DNA of 64,000 nucleotides from positions 171,796-235,795 of the forward strand of contig JAKPHF010000046.1 of the NCBI GenBank assembly GCA_029550525.1, given 5' to 3'. The notes under the pieces were generated by a model. The model ran no database searches. It was not told the DNA's origin and was given only the letters and a program-made list of their open reading frames with translations. A program made the position numbers and the translations under genes. Shown here piece after piece: positions 18,634-29,202 of the stretch. The first letter of the stretch is position 1. Each line of letters begins with the position of its first letter. The DNA comes from Planctomycetota bacterium. Its GTDB lineage: Bacteria > Planctomycetota > Phycisphaerae > UBA1845 > PWPN01.

Positions 18634-20013
18634 CTACTTCCGTGCCAGCACCGCCCAATAACCGCCGTCGTGCCAGTCGATCGCCGTATCGCCGGCGTCC
18701 GGCAGCGTCAAATAACTGTCAGCGAGCATCCAATCCGGATGAGCCTCGAGAAAACGCACGCAAACCTGCTGGTTTTCCTCGGGATCGATGCTGCACGTGC
18801 TGTACATGATGCGGGTCTGCGGGCCGGCCAGTCTCGCCGCCTGATCGAGCAGGCCCAACTGCACTTCCGCGATCTTGATCAGACCCCGCATGCTGAGCCG
18901 GTAGCGAATCTCCGGACGGCGGGCCAGCACGCCGGAGTTGCTGCACGGCGCGTCGACCAGAATCCAGTCCAGCCGACCCAATGCCCGTACGCGGTCCTCT
19001 AGCTCGTGCATGGGCACGACGTCAACGCTGCGGTAGCCGAGCCGCTGCACGACCTCAGCCAAGCCGTCGAGGCGAGCCGCGTCGATGTCGGTGGCCAGGA
19101 TGCGGCCGTCGTCGCCCATGGCCTCGACCATCTGCGTCGTCTTGGTACCCAGCCCGGCACACAGATCGAGGACGGTTTGGCCGGGCTGTAACTCCATCCG
19201 CCGTACCGGTCGCGTGGCGGTAGGATCCTGGGGCTGAAACAGCCCGGCTCTCAGCAGCGGCGAGCCCGGGAGGGCGGCCGTCTGCTGGACCAGGATCGCT
19301 TCGCCTCCCGCCGCCAACTGCGGCTGGAAGCCCGCCTCGGCAAGCTGCTCGACCATCGTCGCCGCGTCCGTCCGCAGCCGGTTGGGCCGCAGAAAGATCG
19401 GCGGCCGCAGCATGCCCGCCCGGCAGATCGCCCCGGTCCGCTCCGAGCCGAAGGCATCCATCCAGCGGGACACGAGCCAGGCCGGATGCGACGTCGTCTG
19501 CGATAGGTGGTCGATGGGCTGCCGGAGCGGGTCCGCAAAGACGGGATCCGCCAGCTGGCAGCAGGTCGTCCGATCCACCAGGATCGCGCGAACGGGGTCC
19601 GCCTGCGACACGGGCACCCGCCGGTGCTCGATTCGCCGCTCCAACTGCCGCAGAACCGCGTTGACGAACTGGCCGGCCCCCCGGCCCCCCTCGGCCTTGG
19701 CCTGGTTGACCGCTTCGTTGACGGCCGCGAACGCGGGGACCGAGTCGAGCCAGATGAGCTGGTAGGCCCCCAGCATGAGGGTCTGCTGCAGGCGGCGGGA
19801 AACGTGCTTCCATCGGTGATTTGTGAAATGCGCCAGCACCGTCGAGAGCGTCAGCCGGTGCCGGACGACGCCCGTCACCAGCTCCATGGCCAGCGATCGG
19901 TCCCGGTCGGCCAGGCCGTACCGCCCCACCACCGCCTCGATGGCGTGGCGAGCCGTCTGCCTGCCCTCGCGCAAATCTCCCAGCGCTCGTAATGCCGCCG
20001 TCCGTGCGTCCAT
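18634..20013 (-). CDS. rsmB: 16S rRNA (cytosine967-C5)-methyltransferase RsmB/Sun
   Basis: N-terminal NusB-like domain. MTase motifs [32 protein letters not shown] and YSTCSI. Start placed at the internal ATG 20013; the longest ORF reaches 20109. Confidence 0.85.
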   Translation of the reverse strand: MDARTAALRALGDLREGRQTARHAIEAVVGRYGLADRDRSLAMELVTGVVRHRLTLSTVLAHFTNHRWKHVSRRLQQTLMLGAYQLIWLDSVPAFAAVNEAVNQAKAEGGRGAGQFVNAVLRQLERRIEHRRVPVSQADPVRAILVDRTTCCQLADPVFADPLRQPIDHLSQTTSHPAWLVSRWMDAFGSERTGAICRAGMLRPPIFLRPNRLRTDAATMVEQLAEAGFQPQLAAGGEAILVQQTAALPGSPLLRAGLFQPQDPTATRPVRRMELQPGQTVLDLCAGLGTKTTQMVEAMGDDGRILATDIDAARLDGLAEVVQRLGYRSVDVVPMHELEDRVRALGRLDWILVDAPCSNSGVLARRPEIRYRLSMRGLIKIAEVQLGLLDQAARLAGPQTRIMYSTCSIDPEENQQVCVRFLEAHPDWMLADSYLTLPDAGDTAIDWHDGGYWAVLARK

Positions 20014-20197
20014 GCGTCCGTTCCCTCGATCCGCGGCGGAAAGCCCCCCGAGCCCCCGGATCGCTCCGGGCGCACGGGTATTGTTGCGTTCCGCGCCCGC
20101 TACGATCATAATAGATCTCTCTGTAATGTGCCGAAAGCGGTCACCCGGGCTCGCGAGGGATGCGAGCCGGAACCGTTGGTCTTTTAAGGACTCGTCT

Positions 20198-20425
20198 GTG
20201 GCCCAGTCGGATAGTATTCAGTTTGACGCGAAAGTACTCAAGGCTCTGCCCAACGCGCAGTTCATCGTCGAAGCCGATGCGGGCGGAACCAAGCACGAAA
20301 TCCTCGCCCACATCTCGGGGCGAATGCGGAAGAACTTCATCCGCATCGTCCCCGGCGATACCGTGACCGTCGAGGTCTCGCCCTACGACCTGACTCGCGG
20401 TCGCATTGTCTACCGCCAGCGATAG
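20198..20425 (+). CDS. infA: Translation initiation factor IF-1
   Basis: GTG at 20198 is about 8 nt after [18 protein letters not shown]...[43 protein letters not shown] aligns end to end with bacterial IF-1 (75 aa). The rest of the 200-aa ORF is a spurious extension. Confidence 0.9.
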   Translation: MAQSDSIQFDAKVLKALPNAQFIVEADAGGTKHEILAHISGRMRKNFIRIVPGDTVTVEVSPYDLTRGRIVYRQR

Positions 20426-20566
20426 TCCTTCTCCCCGCCGCCGATCCCGACCGTCTCACTGCGCTATCCGCTCCCCGGCGAATTCAGCCGTACTCGATTG
20501 GGCCGGGTCCGACGTGCCCTTATAATCGGAGGTGTTCGGCCATCCCCTTTTTTGACAGGATGACGC

Positions 20567-22393
20567 ATGACGCTTCGTGAGCGGGTCAGTGAAGAACTCT
20601 TGCCGTACGTCAAGCAGCCGGGCCAGTACATCGGCGGCGAGTGGAACCAACTCGTGCGCCCCGGCGACTGGCAGCAAGCCGAGGTGAAAGTCGCCATCGG
20701 CTTCCCCGACACGTACGCCATCGGCATGAGCCACCTGGGCTGCCAGATCATCTACTGGATCTGCAACCACATTCCGGGCGTCTGCGCCGAGCGCGTGTAC
20801 GCCCCCTGGCTCGACGCCGAGCAGATCATGCGGCAACGGCAATTGCCCCTGTTCACGTGGGATACCCGCCAGCCGGTCGCCGACGCCGACATTTTCGCCA
20901 TCTCGCTGCAGTACGAGATGGGCTTTTCCAACGTCCTCATGATGCTCGACCTGGCCGGCATCCCGCTGCGCGGCGACGAGCGCTCCGACGCTCACCCGCT
21001 GATCGTCGGCGGCGGCCCCCAGGCCGACAACCCCGAACCGCTGGCCGACTTTCTCGATCTCGTGGTCATCGGCGACGGCGAGCACAGCATGACCGCCCTC
21101 GTCGAACTCGTTCGCGAGATGAAGCGACAGGGTGCGTCGCGGCGCGACATGATTCTCGAAGCCGCCCGGCGGTTCGAGTGGATCTACGCCCCTTCGCTGT
21201 ACGCCTTCGACTACCACGCCGACGGCCGCATCGCCTCGGTCACACCGAGCAGCGCCTGCCCCGCCGGGTTCGTGCCGCGAATGCACATCGAGCGCTGTCA
21301 GACACCCGACTTCGAAACCGTTGCGTTCCCCACGCGGCCGCTCGTGCCGTTCACGCAGATCGTGCACGATCGCATCAGCATCGAGGTGATGCGCGGCTGC
21401 CCGCAGCGCTGCCGGTTCTGCCACGCGGGTTACACCAAGCGGCCGCTCGGACTGCGCAGCGTGGATCGCATTCTCGAGATCGCCGAGGAAGCCTGGCGTG
21501 CGACGGGGCACGAGGAAATCGGCCTACTGAGCCTCTCCACCGCCGACTATCCGCATCTGCGCGTGCTGGCCGAGCGCATGCAGGAGCGATTCGACAGCCG
21601 ACACGTGAACCTGTCCGTGCCGTCGTTGCGCGTGGACAAGATGCTCGCCAACATCCCCTGGCTGGTCAGTTCCGTCCGCAAGAGCGGCCTGACCGTGGCC
21701 GTCGAGGCGGCGGCCGACGACTTGCGAGCCGCCATCCGCAAGAAAGTCACCGACGGCAATCTGCTCGACGGCATGCGAGCCGCCTACGAGGCCGGTTACA
21801 ATTCGGTCAAGCTCTATTTCATGTGCGGCTTCCCCGGCGAACGGCGAGAGGACATCGAAGCGATCTTCGAGCTCGCCCGGCAGGTCAGCGAGGCCAAGCG
21901 CGGCATCCGCGGCGGCCCGGCCAGCGTCAACGCCAGTGTGGGTTGGCTGGTACCCAAGGCACACACACCCTTCCAGTGGGCCGCCCAGAAGACCGTGGAA
22001 TACTTCGAGGAGGCTCGCTCGCTCCTGCGGCAGATCTCCAGCCGATACCGCACGGCCGTGCGCATCAAGACGCATCGCCCGCACCGCAGCATCCTCGAAG
22101 GCGTGTTCGCCCGCGGCGATCGCCGGCTCGGTGCCGCCATCGAGGCCGCCTATCGCCTCGGCGCGCGGATGGACGGGTGGGACGAGGCGTTCAACTACGA
22201 CATCTGGCAGCGTGCGTTCGAGCAGACCGGCATCGACCCGGCCTTCTACGCCCATCGCGAACGCAGTTACACCGAGATCCTCCCCTGGGACCACATCGCC
22301 GGCGGCGGCCGGCGCGAATACCTCCAGGGGCAGTACGACGACGTCTTCGTCAAGCTCGGCACGCCTCGCGAGCCGGCGACCATCGACGGTTAG
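20567..22393 (+). CDS. B12-binding-domain radical SAM protein (TIGR03960-like, function unknown)
   Basis: Radical SAM cluster motif CPQRCRFCHAG. N-terminal B12-binding-like region (VAIGFPDTYAIGMSHLG). Length and C-terminal region are typical of this uncharacterised family. Confidence 0.8.
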   Translation: MTLRERVSEELLPYVKQPGQYIGGEWNQLVRPGDWQQAEVKVAIGFPDTYAIGMSHLGCQIIYWICNHIPGVCAERVYAPWLDAEQIMRQRQLPLFTWDTRQPVADADIFAISLQYEMGFSNVLMMLDLAGIPLRGDERSDAHPLIVGGGPQADNPEPLADFLDLVVIGDGEHSMTALVELVREMKRQGASRRDMILEAARRFEWIYAPSLYAFDYHADGRIASVTPSSACPAGFVPRMHIERCQTPDFETVAFPTRPLVPFTQIVHDRISIEVMRGCPQRCRFCHAGYTKRPLGLRSVDRILEIAEEAWRATGHEEIGLLSLSTADYPHLRVLAERMQERFDSRHVNLSVPSLRVDKMLANIPWLVSSVRKSGLTVAVEAAADDLRAAIRKKVTDGNLLDGMRAAYEAGYNSVKLYFMCGFPGERREDIEAIFELARQVSEAKRGIRGGPASVNASVGWLVPKAHTPFQWAAQKTVEYFEEARSLLRQISSRYRTAVRIKTHRPHRSILEGVFARGDRRLGAAIEAAYRLGARMDGWDEAFNYDIWQRAFEQTGIDPAFYAHRERSYTEILPWDHIAGGGRREYLQGQYDDVFVKLGTPREPATIDG

Positions 22394-22676
22394 CCATCCC
22401 ACGCGATCGCCGCCCCCTTCCCGCCGTAGCACACACCTAGTTGCTCGGGCGGCAGCCGGATTTTGCTTGCCTGCGCCTAGCCCTGCGATACAATGGCCCC
22501 GGAGGTCAAGAGCGTGACAACGTTCCTGGTCATCCACACACGTCGGTCCGATTCCACAGGCCTGCCGTCGAACACGACTGTTCCGCGCGGCCGCTTCTCG
22601 CGCACTGGTCCTCGGCCCCAAGCATCGGGCGCGAGTTATTCACTCCTTTTTCCTCGTTCACATCTCGGAACAAGCC

Positions 22677-22970
22677 ATGAAGCAAGCACTCACCGTCGGA
22701 GTCAAGGTCAAATTGGTGGCCCCCATGCCCGTCCCGCCTTGGTGCGAGTGCGACGACGACCGGGGCCGGGTCTCCAAGCACGTCAAGAACGTCATCCGAG
22801 AACGGTTCTTCAAAGCTGATCCCAAGCTGACGGCCGAAATCGTCCACGTGGCCAAAGAAACCGAGCGGGAGCGACTCCGCAAGGCCGGCCGGACCAAAGT
22901 CCGCGTGCGGTTGCCCAGCGGCGACACCATCGTCATTCCCGTCGAGCTGGATATGCTCACCCGGGCGTGA
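22677..22970 (+). CDS. Hypothetical small protein
   Basis: 97-aa ORF with balanced, coding-like composition (KVKLVAPMPVPPWCECDDD..., KETERERLRKAGRTKVRVRL). No SD and no family recognised. Confidence 0.4.
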   Translation: MKQALTVGVKVKLVAPMPVPPWCECDDDRGRVSKHVKNVIRERFFKADPKLTAEIVHVAKETERERLRKAGRTKVRVRLPSGDTIVIPVELDMLTRA

Positions 22971-23011
22971 TGCTGCACCGGTCGTATCTGCAGCGCGTCG
23001 GCGCATCGAAA

Positions 23012-23048
23012 AGAGCGAGCGACGAGAGGAGATCCCGCCGCTCGCTCT
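23012..23048 (-). terminator. Hairpin terminator after glnN
   Basis: Stem AGAGCGAGCG (23012-23021) / CGCTCGCTCT (23039-23048). On the minus strand it is followed by CTTTTC. Confidence 0.5.
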
Positions 23049-23080
23049 GAGACTCTGCGTGTGCGCCCGAGCAGGGCTGG

Positions 23081-25261
23081 TCACTTGATGAACAGCATTT
23101 CCTGATACGTCGGCAGCGGCCACAGGTCGTCGGCCACCATGCTCTCCAGCGTGTCCGCCACTTTGCGGATCTCCACCATCTTGGGCAGCAGCTTCGTACA
23201 AATGTGTTTGGCTTCCTCTTCCTTCGAGGACGCTTCGTGCCGCATCAGCTCTTCGAGCTCGGCCAGGCTGTCCTGCAGCTCCTTGACCAGCGCGGTCATC
23301 TTGTCCAGTGTGTTCGTGTCGAACGTGTACCCGACCGCCTTGAGATTCGCGCAAGTCGTCGCCAACTCGCTCTGGTAACGAATCGCCGCCGGGAAGATCT
23401 GCGTCCGCCCGAGCTTGAGCATGAGGTTGGCTTCGAGCATGACGGTCTTGCAGTACTGCTCGAGGTAAATCTCGTAGCGGCTGTGCAGCTCACGTCGCGA
23501 CAGCACCTTGTGCCGCTCGAACATGGCGGCCACTTCCTCGTCGAGCAGCGCCGGCAGCGCGTCCACCGTCGTCCGCAGGTTGGGCAGACCGCGTCGCTCG
23601 GCTTCCTTGTGCCACTCTGCCGAGTAGTTGTCGCCGTTGAAGATGATCGCGTCGTGCTCGGTGATGATCTCCTTCAGGATCTTCTGCACGGCCGCGTGCA
23701 GCTTCGACGGATCGCCCTGCGTCTCGGCCTCCAATCGCGTGGCGATGTAGTCGAGCGAGTCGGCCACGATGGTGTTCAACGCCACCAGCGGTCCGGCGAT
23801 CGACTGGCTCGAGCCCACCGCCCGGAACTCGAAGCGGTTACCCGTGAACGCGAACGGGCTCGTGCGGTTGCGGTCCCCGGTGTCCTTGGGCAGCGGCGGC
23901 AGGACATCCACACCCACCGTGAGCACGTCCTTCTTCTTGGACGACTTCAGATCGCCCTTCTTGATCTGGTCGAAGACGTCGGTCAACTGCTCGCCCAGGA
24001 AGATGGAGATGATCGCCGGCGGCGCTTCGTTGGCCCCCAGCCGGTGATCGTTGCCGGCGCTGGCCACGACGGCCCGCAACAGCTTGGCGTGCTTGTGAAC
24101 GGCCCGAATGACCGCGGCACAGAAGACCAGGAACTGGGCGTTGGCGTGGGGCGTGTCACCGGGATCCAGCAGGTTGCCCTGCGTGGCGCTGCCCAGCGAC
24201 CAGTTCAGATGCTTGCCCGACCCGTTGATGCCGGCGAACGGCTTTTCGTGCAGCAGGCAGGCCATACCATACTTTTCCGCCACCCGCTTGAGCGTCAGCA
24301 TGATCAACTGCTGATGATCGGTGGCCACGTTGGCGAACTCGAACGACGGCGCGATCTCGTACTGAGCCGGCGCCACCTCGTTATGGCGGGTCTTGATCGG
24401 CACGCCGAGCTTGAACAGCTCGCGCTCACATTCCAGCATGAACGCCAGCACCCGCTCGGGAATGGCGCCGAAGTAGTGATCTTCGAACTCCTGGCCCTTG
24501 GGTGGCCGGCAGCCGAACAGCGTACGTCCGGCGTTGATCAGATCGGGTCGGGCGAAGAAGAAGTTGCGGTCGATCAGGAAGTACTCCTGCTCCGGACCGG
24601 CCGTGCTCATGACCATCGCCCCGTCGGTGTGGCCGAAGAGCTTCAGGATCCGCTGCGCCTGGCGATTCAACGCCTGGATGGACCGCAGCACGGGGGTTTT
24701 CTTGTCGAGTGCCTCGCCCGTGAACGACACGAACGCCGTGGGAATGCACAACGTCGTGCCGTTGGGATTCTCGAGAATATACGCCGGGCTGGTCACGTCC
24801 CAGGCGGTGTAGCCGCGGGCTTCGAACGTGGCCCGGATACCGCCCGACGGGAAGCTCGACGCATCCGGCTCGCCCTGGATGAGGGCCTTGCCGGTGAACT
24901 CGGCGATCGCGCCGCCGTTGCCGTCCGGCGTCAGGAAGCAATCGTGCTTTTCGGCGGTCAAACCGGTGAGCGGATAGAACACGTGCGCGTAGTGCGTGGC
25001 CCCCTTCTCGATCGCCCAGTCGCGCATGGCCGCGGCCACCGCGTCCGCGATCGACGGATCGAGCTTCTCGCCGCTCTCGATGGTCTTCTGCAGCGACTTC
25101 ACGACGTTCTTCGGCAGCCGCTTCTTCATCTCCGACAAGCCGAAGACGTTGGTACCGAAGAGTTCGCCGGGTTTGGTCTCGGCGAAATTCAAAGGCGGCG
25201 TGATGGGCTTGTAATTCGTTACCGCTGCGATTGCCTGCAGTCTTGTTGCACTACCACTCAT
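23081..25261 (-). CDS. glnN: Glutamine synthetase type III
   Basis: Start at the internal ATG 25261 (SD GAAGGGAG), giving a ~727-aa protein. N-terminus [23 protein letters not shown]...[20 protein letters not shown] and the length are characteristic of GSIII. Confidence 0.9.
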   Translation of the reverse strand: MSGSATRLQAIAAVTNYKPITPPLNFAETKPGELFGTNVFGLSEMKKRLPKNVVKSLQKTIESGEKLDPSIADAVAAAMRDWAIEKGATHYAHVFYPLTGLTAEKHDCFLTPDGNGGAIAEFTGKALIQGEPDASSFPSGGIRATFEARGYTAWDVTSPAYILENPNGTTLCIPTAFVSFTGEALDKKTPVLRSIQALNRQAQRILKLFGHTDGAMVMSTAGPEQEYFLIDRNFFFARPDLINAGRTLFGCRPPKGQEFEDHYFGAIPERVLAFMLECERELFKLGVPIKTRHNEVAPAQYEIAPSFEFANVATDHQQLIMLTLKRVAEKYGMACLLHEKPFAGINGSGKHLNWSLGSATQGNLLDPGDTPHANAQFLVFCAAVIRAVHKHAKLLRAVVASAGNDHRLGANEAPPAIISIFLGEQLTDVFDQIKKGDLKSSKKKDVLTVGVDVLPPLPKDTGDRNRTSPFAFTGNRFEFRAVGSSQSIAGPLVALNTIVADSLDYIATRLEAETQGDPSKLHAAVQKILKEIITEHDAIIFNGDNYSAEWHKEAERRGLPNLRTTVDALPALLDEEVAAMFERHKVLSRRELHSRYEIYLEQYCKTVMLEANLMLKLGRTQIFPAAIRYQSELATTCANLKAVGYTFDTNTLDKMTALVKELQDSLAELEELMRHEASSKEEEAKHICTKLLPKMVEIRKVADTLESMVADDLWPLPTYQEMLFIK

Positions 25262-25407
25262 CGGTTGCCCGACTCCCTTCGAATAGCCATCGCCTTGCAC
25301 CGGGCCGGATGGAGAACCATCCGCAGGCTCGCCACGGTTTTTTCGCCAGCGTCCGCCGTCCCCTCCCGCCCGGGAGGATAAGCGTACGTGGCACAAGGTG
25401 TCCGCGT

Positions 25408-25441
25408 ATATTATGAAAACTAATATTCGTTGGCAAGTCAA
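25408..25441 (-). promoter_or_regulatory. AT-rich palindrome plus a -35-like hexamer upstream of glnN
   Basis: ATATTA-N7-TAATAT (25408-25426) adjacent to TTGACT on the minus strand (25441-25436), about 150-180 nt upstream of the glnN ATG. Strikingly AT-rich for this GC-rich DNA. Confidence 0.3.
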
Positions 25442-25951
25442 AAATCGGTCGGCCCTGCCTAATGCGCGTCCTTTCGGCCGGCCCGGCCCCCTCCTCGGCC
25501 CCGTCCGCGACGGCGACCCGATTCGCAGAGCCTTGATACACAAAAGGATACAGTAGAACCCTCAATCGCGAAAGACCCGCCGGGCGTGCGCGGTCGACTG
25601 CCCAAAAAACAGACAATCGCTGGCCGCCAACAGGAGCCCGTCCGCTCGGCCGGGACCTCTCTCACGCCCGGTCCACCCTCCCGTCGCTCCTTCCGCACCG
25701 GGGCCGGCGACTCGATTCCACGTGGAAGATCAAACGCCGAGCCGTCCCCCGTTGACCGCGCAAGCGGTGAAGGCGGCCGGGCTTTCTGCCGGCAGGCTCG
25801 CTGGGGTCAGACCTGAAACGTACGCCCGTCCGAGTTGAAGCCACCAGACACGGTGGAAACCCAATCGTCAGCCGACAAGACTCTTTCCAGAACGGGCGAG
25901 TCGCGTCAACCGGAACGCGGCCCGCGCCATCACGTGTAAGGAGTAGTCGAT

Positions 25952-26179
25952 ATGCAACGAATTCACGAAGGTCAGTGCGGGCTGTGTTCGTTCTTCAAGG
26001 ATCACAACGGGCAGCTTCAGCAGGTCATTGAGGACATTCAACGGTCGTATCAGGCGCCGGAGGATCTGGTCGTGGACTGCGACCATCCTCAACACGCGTC
26101 GCTGTCGCTGAGAGTAACACCGATCAGTGGCTGCAAAGGGTTCAAGCCGGCTCCATTGCTGGTGAGCGGCACGGCCTGA
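25952..26179 (+). CDS. Small Cys-containing hypothetical protein
   Basis: Strong SD AAGGAG 8 nt upstream of the ATG. 75 aa with CGLC plus two further Cys. No family recognised. Confidence 0.45.
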   Translation: MQRIHEGQCGLCSFFKDHNGQLQQVIEDIQRSYQAPEDLVVDCDHPQHASLSLRVTPISGCKGFKPAPLLVSGTA

Positions 26180-26328
26180 CACAGACACATACGTGCGACG
26201 CAAGCGTTCAGCCTGCAGGGGATGCCCCACAAGCATGCGGAAGCGCGAGACGAGCCCGAAGCTCGCGAGAGAATACCTCGTGCGGTTCGGGCTCGTTATG
26301 TTGACCCAGTGAACGGCCTGTCGCGGGA

Positions 26329-27453
26329 TCAGCCTTCCGCGAGAACTTCTTCGAGCGTCACCACGCGGCCCTCGGCCAGCGCCTTGCGGCACATGAGGCC
26401 CACGATCACCGCGGCGCGACCACTGTCGGCGTTGGCCAGCGGCTTTGAACCCGACCGGCAGCAGCGGAAGAAGTCGTCCACCGCCAGTTGCGTGGTATCG
26501 CCCTTGGGCTCGGGGCTGACGTCTTCCTTGTTGTCCTTCGACTGGCGGTGATAGATCTTGCCCCCGTGGATGTCCACCGCGCCGTTTGTGCAATAGACAA
26601 ACTCGTTGAAGCCGTCGCAGCCGATGTTGGGCACGGCGATCCACGAGTGCGTGTAGCCCACCACCTTCTTGTCGCCGTAGTCGAGCGACAGCGTGAAGAA
26701 GTCATGCATGGGAGCCTTGCTCGCCCGCATGGCCTGGCCGCCGAACGCCGCCGCCCGCTTGGGCACGCCGCCCAACACGGCGTTGAAGATGTCGAACTCG
26801 TGCACGGCCTGCTCGAGCATGACGTCGCCCGACTGCACAGGATCTTCGAACCAGCCGTTCCGCGGGAAGTCACCGGCATTGTTGCGGTAGGCCCGGATCA
26901 TGATGGGCTTGCCGAGCTTGCCCGAGGTGATGGTCTCGATGGCGGGCCGCCACGGGCTGCCGTATCGCAACTGCGTGCCGATCTGGAAGATGCCCTTGGC
27001 CTTCTGCGTGGCCGCGTAGATGGCGTTGAGCTCGGCCATGGTGATGGCCATGGGCTTTTCCAGATAACAGTGACGGCCCGACTCCAACACCGCGATACCC
27101 ATCTCGGCGTGCAGGTTGCACGGCGTGGCGATGAACACCGCGTCGAGCTCCTTGAAGTCGATCAGTTCCCGATAGTTCTCGAACAACCGGGGCTTGTCGT
27201 CGCTCACCGCTTTGGCGGCCCGCTCGAGGTTGCTCCGGTTGATGTCGCACAGCGCGGTCACGCGCACGCCCGGCGACTTGTGAATCGCGTTGAGCACGCC
27301 GAAGCCGCGGCCGCCGACGCCGATGAACCCGCACCGGATGTCATCCGGGCTGTCAGCCGCCCGTACATGCTGCGACGCCATGAGCACCGCCGAACCGGCG
27401 GCCACTCCCGTGCCCAGAAAACGCCGACGGGAAATACTCGTGTGGTCAGACAT
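26329..27453 (-). CDS. Gfo/Idh/MocA family oxidoreductase with a TAT signal
   Basis: Internal ATG at 27453 gives MSDHTSISRRRFLGTGVAAGSAV (twin-arginine), followed by the Rossmann motif CGFIGVGGRGFG and EKPMA. Confidence 0.85.
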   Translation of the reverse strand: MSDHTSISRRRFLGTGVAAGSAVLMASQHVRAADSPDDIRCGFIGVGGRGFGVLNAIHKSPGVRVTALCDINRSNLERAAKAVSDDKPRLFENYRELIDFKELDAVFIATPCNLHAEMGIAVLESGRHCYLEKPMAITMAELNAIYAATQKAKGIFQIGTQLRYGSPWRPAIETITSGKLGKPIMIRAYRNNAGDFPRNGWFEDPVQSGDVMLEQAVHEFDIFNAVLGGVPKRAAAFGGQAMRASKAPMHDFFTLSLDYGDKKVVGYTHSWIAVPNIGCDGFNEFVYCTNGAVDIHGGKIYHRQSKDNKEDVSPEPKGDTTQLAVDDFFRCCRSGSKPLANADSGRAAVIVGLMCRKALAEGRVVTLEEVLAEG

Positions 27454-27622
27454 ATGCGCAACCTCTCTCTCGAAGAATGCCGGACGTTTCGCCCGACACG
27501 GGTCCATGATGCTGAAACAACCGACCAAGCGAACAAACGCGGTTCGCGTTTCCGGGAAGGCGAGATCCACGCGAGCCTGAGAAACACGATCAATCCACCG
27601 CGGCCACCAACAGGCAAAGGCT

Positions 27623-28486
27623 CTATTCGAACTGCCCGATCGACCGCATGTATGCGGTGGACTTTTCGATATCCGCCTTGATCTGCGCCTCCGAGCGCTG
27701 CACCCCTTTGACGCCCTCGATCTCCATGGTGACCGGACCGCGATAGCCCCTTTCCTGCAGCAGCCGAATCACGCCCGGCAAATCCACCTTGCCCTCACCC
27801 AGCGGTGGAAAAACCCATGCTTCGAACTCGCCGTTGTGGTCCTTGACTTCGACCGTGGCGACGTAGTCGACGCACTTTTCGAGCTCCGCCACTGCCGTCG
27901 TACCCCGGTTGTAAAACGTGATGTTGCCGGTGTCGAAGTTGACGCGGATATTGGGATGATTCACCTGCCGCATGGTCTCGACGTGTACGTCGCCGTTGGT
28001 GCCGAATTCCGGATGCGTTTCCAACGAGATGATCACGCCGTTTCGGGCCGCGGCGTCGCCGGCCTCACGCAGCCGCCGGTAAACGTCGGCTTTGGGCGCA
28101 CCGTGGTGCTTGACCGACAGGAACAAATACTTGACGCCCATGTCCCGGCAGATCGCCGTCTGCGCCGCCAGTTCCTCGACCGCCGAGTCTTTCGAGAAGT
28201 CGGCCGTCCCCCGCATGACCAGCGGGGTGAGCTGATGCGCGCGAAGCTTGGCCTGGACGGCCTGAACCGTCTCGGGCGAGGGCACATTGATGAACACGTA
28301 TCGAATCCCGAGAGACTGCAGGTGGGCCCAGCCCGCCTCCTCATTAGGGGCGTAATTGGCGAGACGACACGCCAGCTTCATCGGCTGATCGCTGGAACCG
28401 GTGCGGACCTCGGTCGTCGCACAACCACTGACCAACGACGCCGCGATCACGCTTCCAGCCAAGGCGAGAAAACCGGCGGCTCTCAT
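27623..28486 (-). CDS. Sugar phosphate isomerase/epimerase (xylose isomerase-like TIM barrel) lipoprotein
   Basis: ATG at 28486 follows AAGGAGAAGAGG (the ORF-track start is a TTG). Lipoprotein signal MRAAGFLALAGSVIAASLVSGC. TIM-barrel family body (ISLETHPE, NFDTGN). Confidence 0.75.
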   Translation of the reverse strand: MRAAGFLALAGSVIAASLVSGCATTEVRTGSSDQPMKLACRLANYAPNEEAGWAHLQSLGIRYVFINVPSPETVQAVQAKLRAHQLTPLVMRGTADFSKDSAVEELAAQTAICRDMGVKYLFLSVKHHGAPKADVYRRLREAGDAAARNGVIISLETHPEFGTNGDVHVETMRQVNHPNIRVNFDTGNITFYNRGTTAVAELEKCVDYVATVEVKDHNGEFEAWVFPPLGEGKVDLPGVIRLLQERGYRGPVTMEIEGVKGVQRSEAQIKADIEKSTAYMRSIGQFE

Positions 28487-28604
28487 CCTCTTCTCCTTTT
28501 CTCCTTGCAACCCCCGTTGCCGCCGGTCGGAAAGCCCGGCATCTGTGAGGCCTAAAATACGCCGCTCAGTCTATGACACCTGTGCATGGAGATCAACGGA
28601 TGAA

Positions 28605-28817
28605 TCACGCGCCGTCCCGGTAGTACTCAGCCAGGAACGGTTCGTAGTTGTACTCGGTTGTCGAGAAGCGCTGCTCGTAATACTGCTCTTCGTTCAGGTT
28701 CGGCGAGTCTGCTCGCGCCGCATCGCCCCCCTGTCGGCCGGCCGATCGACTGCATCCCACGTGCAAGCCGGTCACGACCGCCCCCACGAGTGCCAACGTC
28801 AGCAGTCTGGCCATCAT
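28605..28817 (-). CDS. Small lipoprotein, function unknown
   Basis: SD AAGGAGG 6 nt upstream. Signal MMARLLTLALVGAVVTGLHVGC with a lipobox, followed by a Tyr/Glu-rich tail. Confidence 0.55.
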   Translation of the reverse strand: MMARLLTLALVGAVVTGLHVGCSRSAGRQGGDAARADSPNLNEEQYYEQRFSTTEYNYEPFLAEYYRDGA

Positions 28818-28956
28818 GGCGATCCTCCTTGACTGTCCCCTCGGCTGCCCGATGACCGCCGGGCAGCACTTTCCAGCCAGGCTCGATTCCGCCGGGTTGA
28901 CAGCCCGGCTCCATTACCCATCCGAAGTAATAGACACGGCACAATTGTTTACGTTA

Positions 28957-28998
28957 GAAAATTATCTCCGGATTGGCGGGGAAAATTACCCCGGATTT
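28957..28998. promoter_or_regulatory. Direct repeat of an 18-nt AT-rich motif upstream of the HDOD-GGDEF gene
   Basis: GAAAATTATCTCCGGATT (28957-28974) and GAAAATTACCCCGGATTT (28981-28998), 24 nt start to start, in the divergent intergenic region. Confidence 0.4.
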
Positions 28999-29202
28999 GA
29001 ACTGATGTTGAAAAAAATCGCCCAACTCCAGAAGCACCCAGGCCCAACCGATCGTACAGTTGGTGAAATTTTCACCAACAGCGCTTCCGCGATCCGGACT
29101 TTCCGGGGCATTGCATATCGCCCCAGTCAGACCGCGACGACCCGCCTCGCTCAAGGCATGGACGGTCGTACGTCGTGCGGTCGGGAAAGAGGTTGGCAAG
29201 AC

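Noticed and set aside
19823-20197. The N-terminal 125 codons of the 200-aa ORF containing infA.
   Set aside because: Bacterial IF-1 is about 72-75 aa. The alignment starts at the GTG at 20198, which has an SD, and the upstream part is antisense to rsmB.
20641-22440. 599-aa ORF overlapping the radical SAM gene in another frame. Similar long alternate-frame or antisense ORFs occur at 782-1951(-), 23204-25381(+), 33745-34896(-), 42230-43714(-), 49676-51325(-), 56391-58472(-) and 59321-61084(-).
   Set aside because: All are extremely Arg/Ala/Gly/Pro-rich and have no recognisable motifs. Each lies fully inside a gene with clear family signatures on the other frame or strand. This is the expected artefact of low stop-codon frequency in GC-rich DNA.
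25388-25404. Sigma-54 promoter (TGGCAC) near glnN.
   Set aside because: TGGCAC is followed after 5 nt by GTCCG rather than TTGC. It is also on the strand pointing away from glnN.
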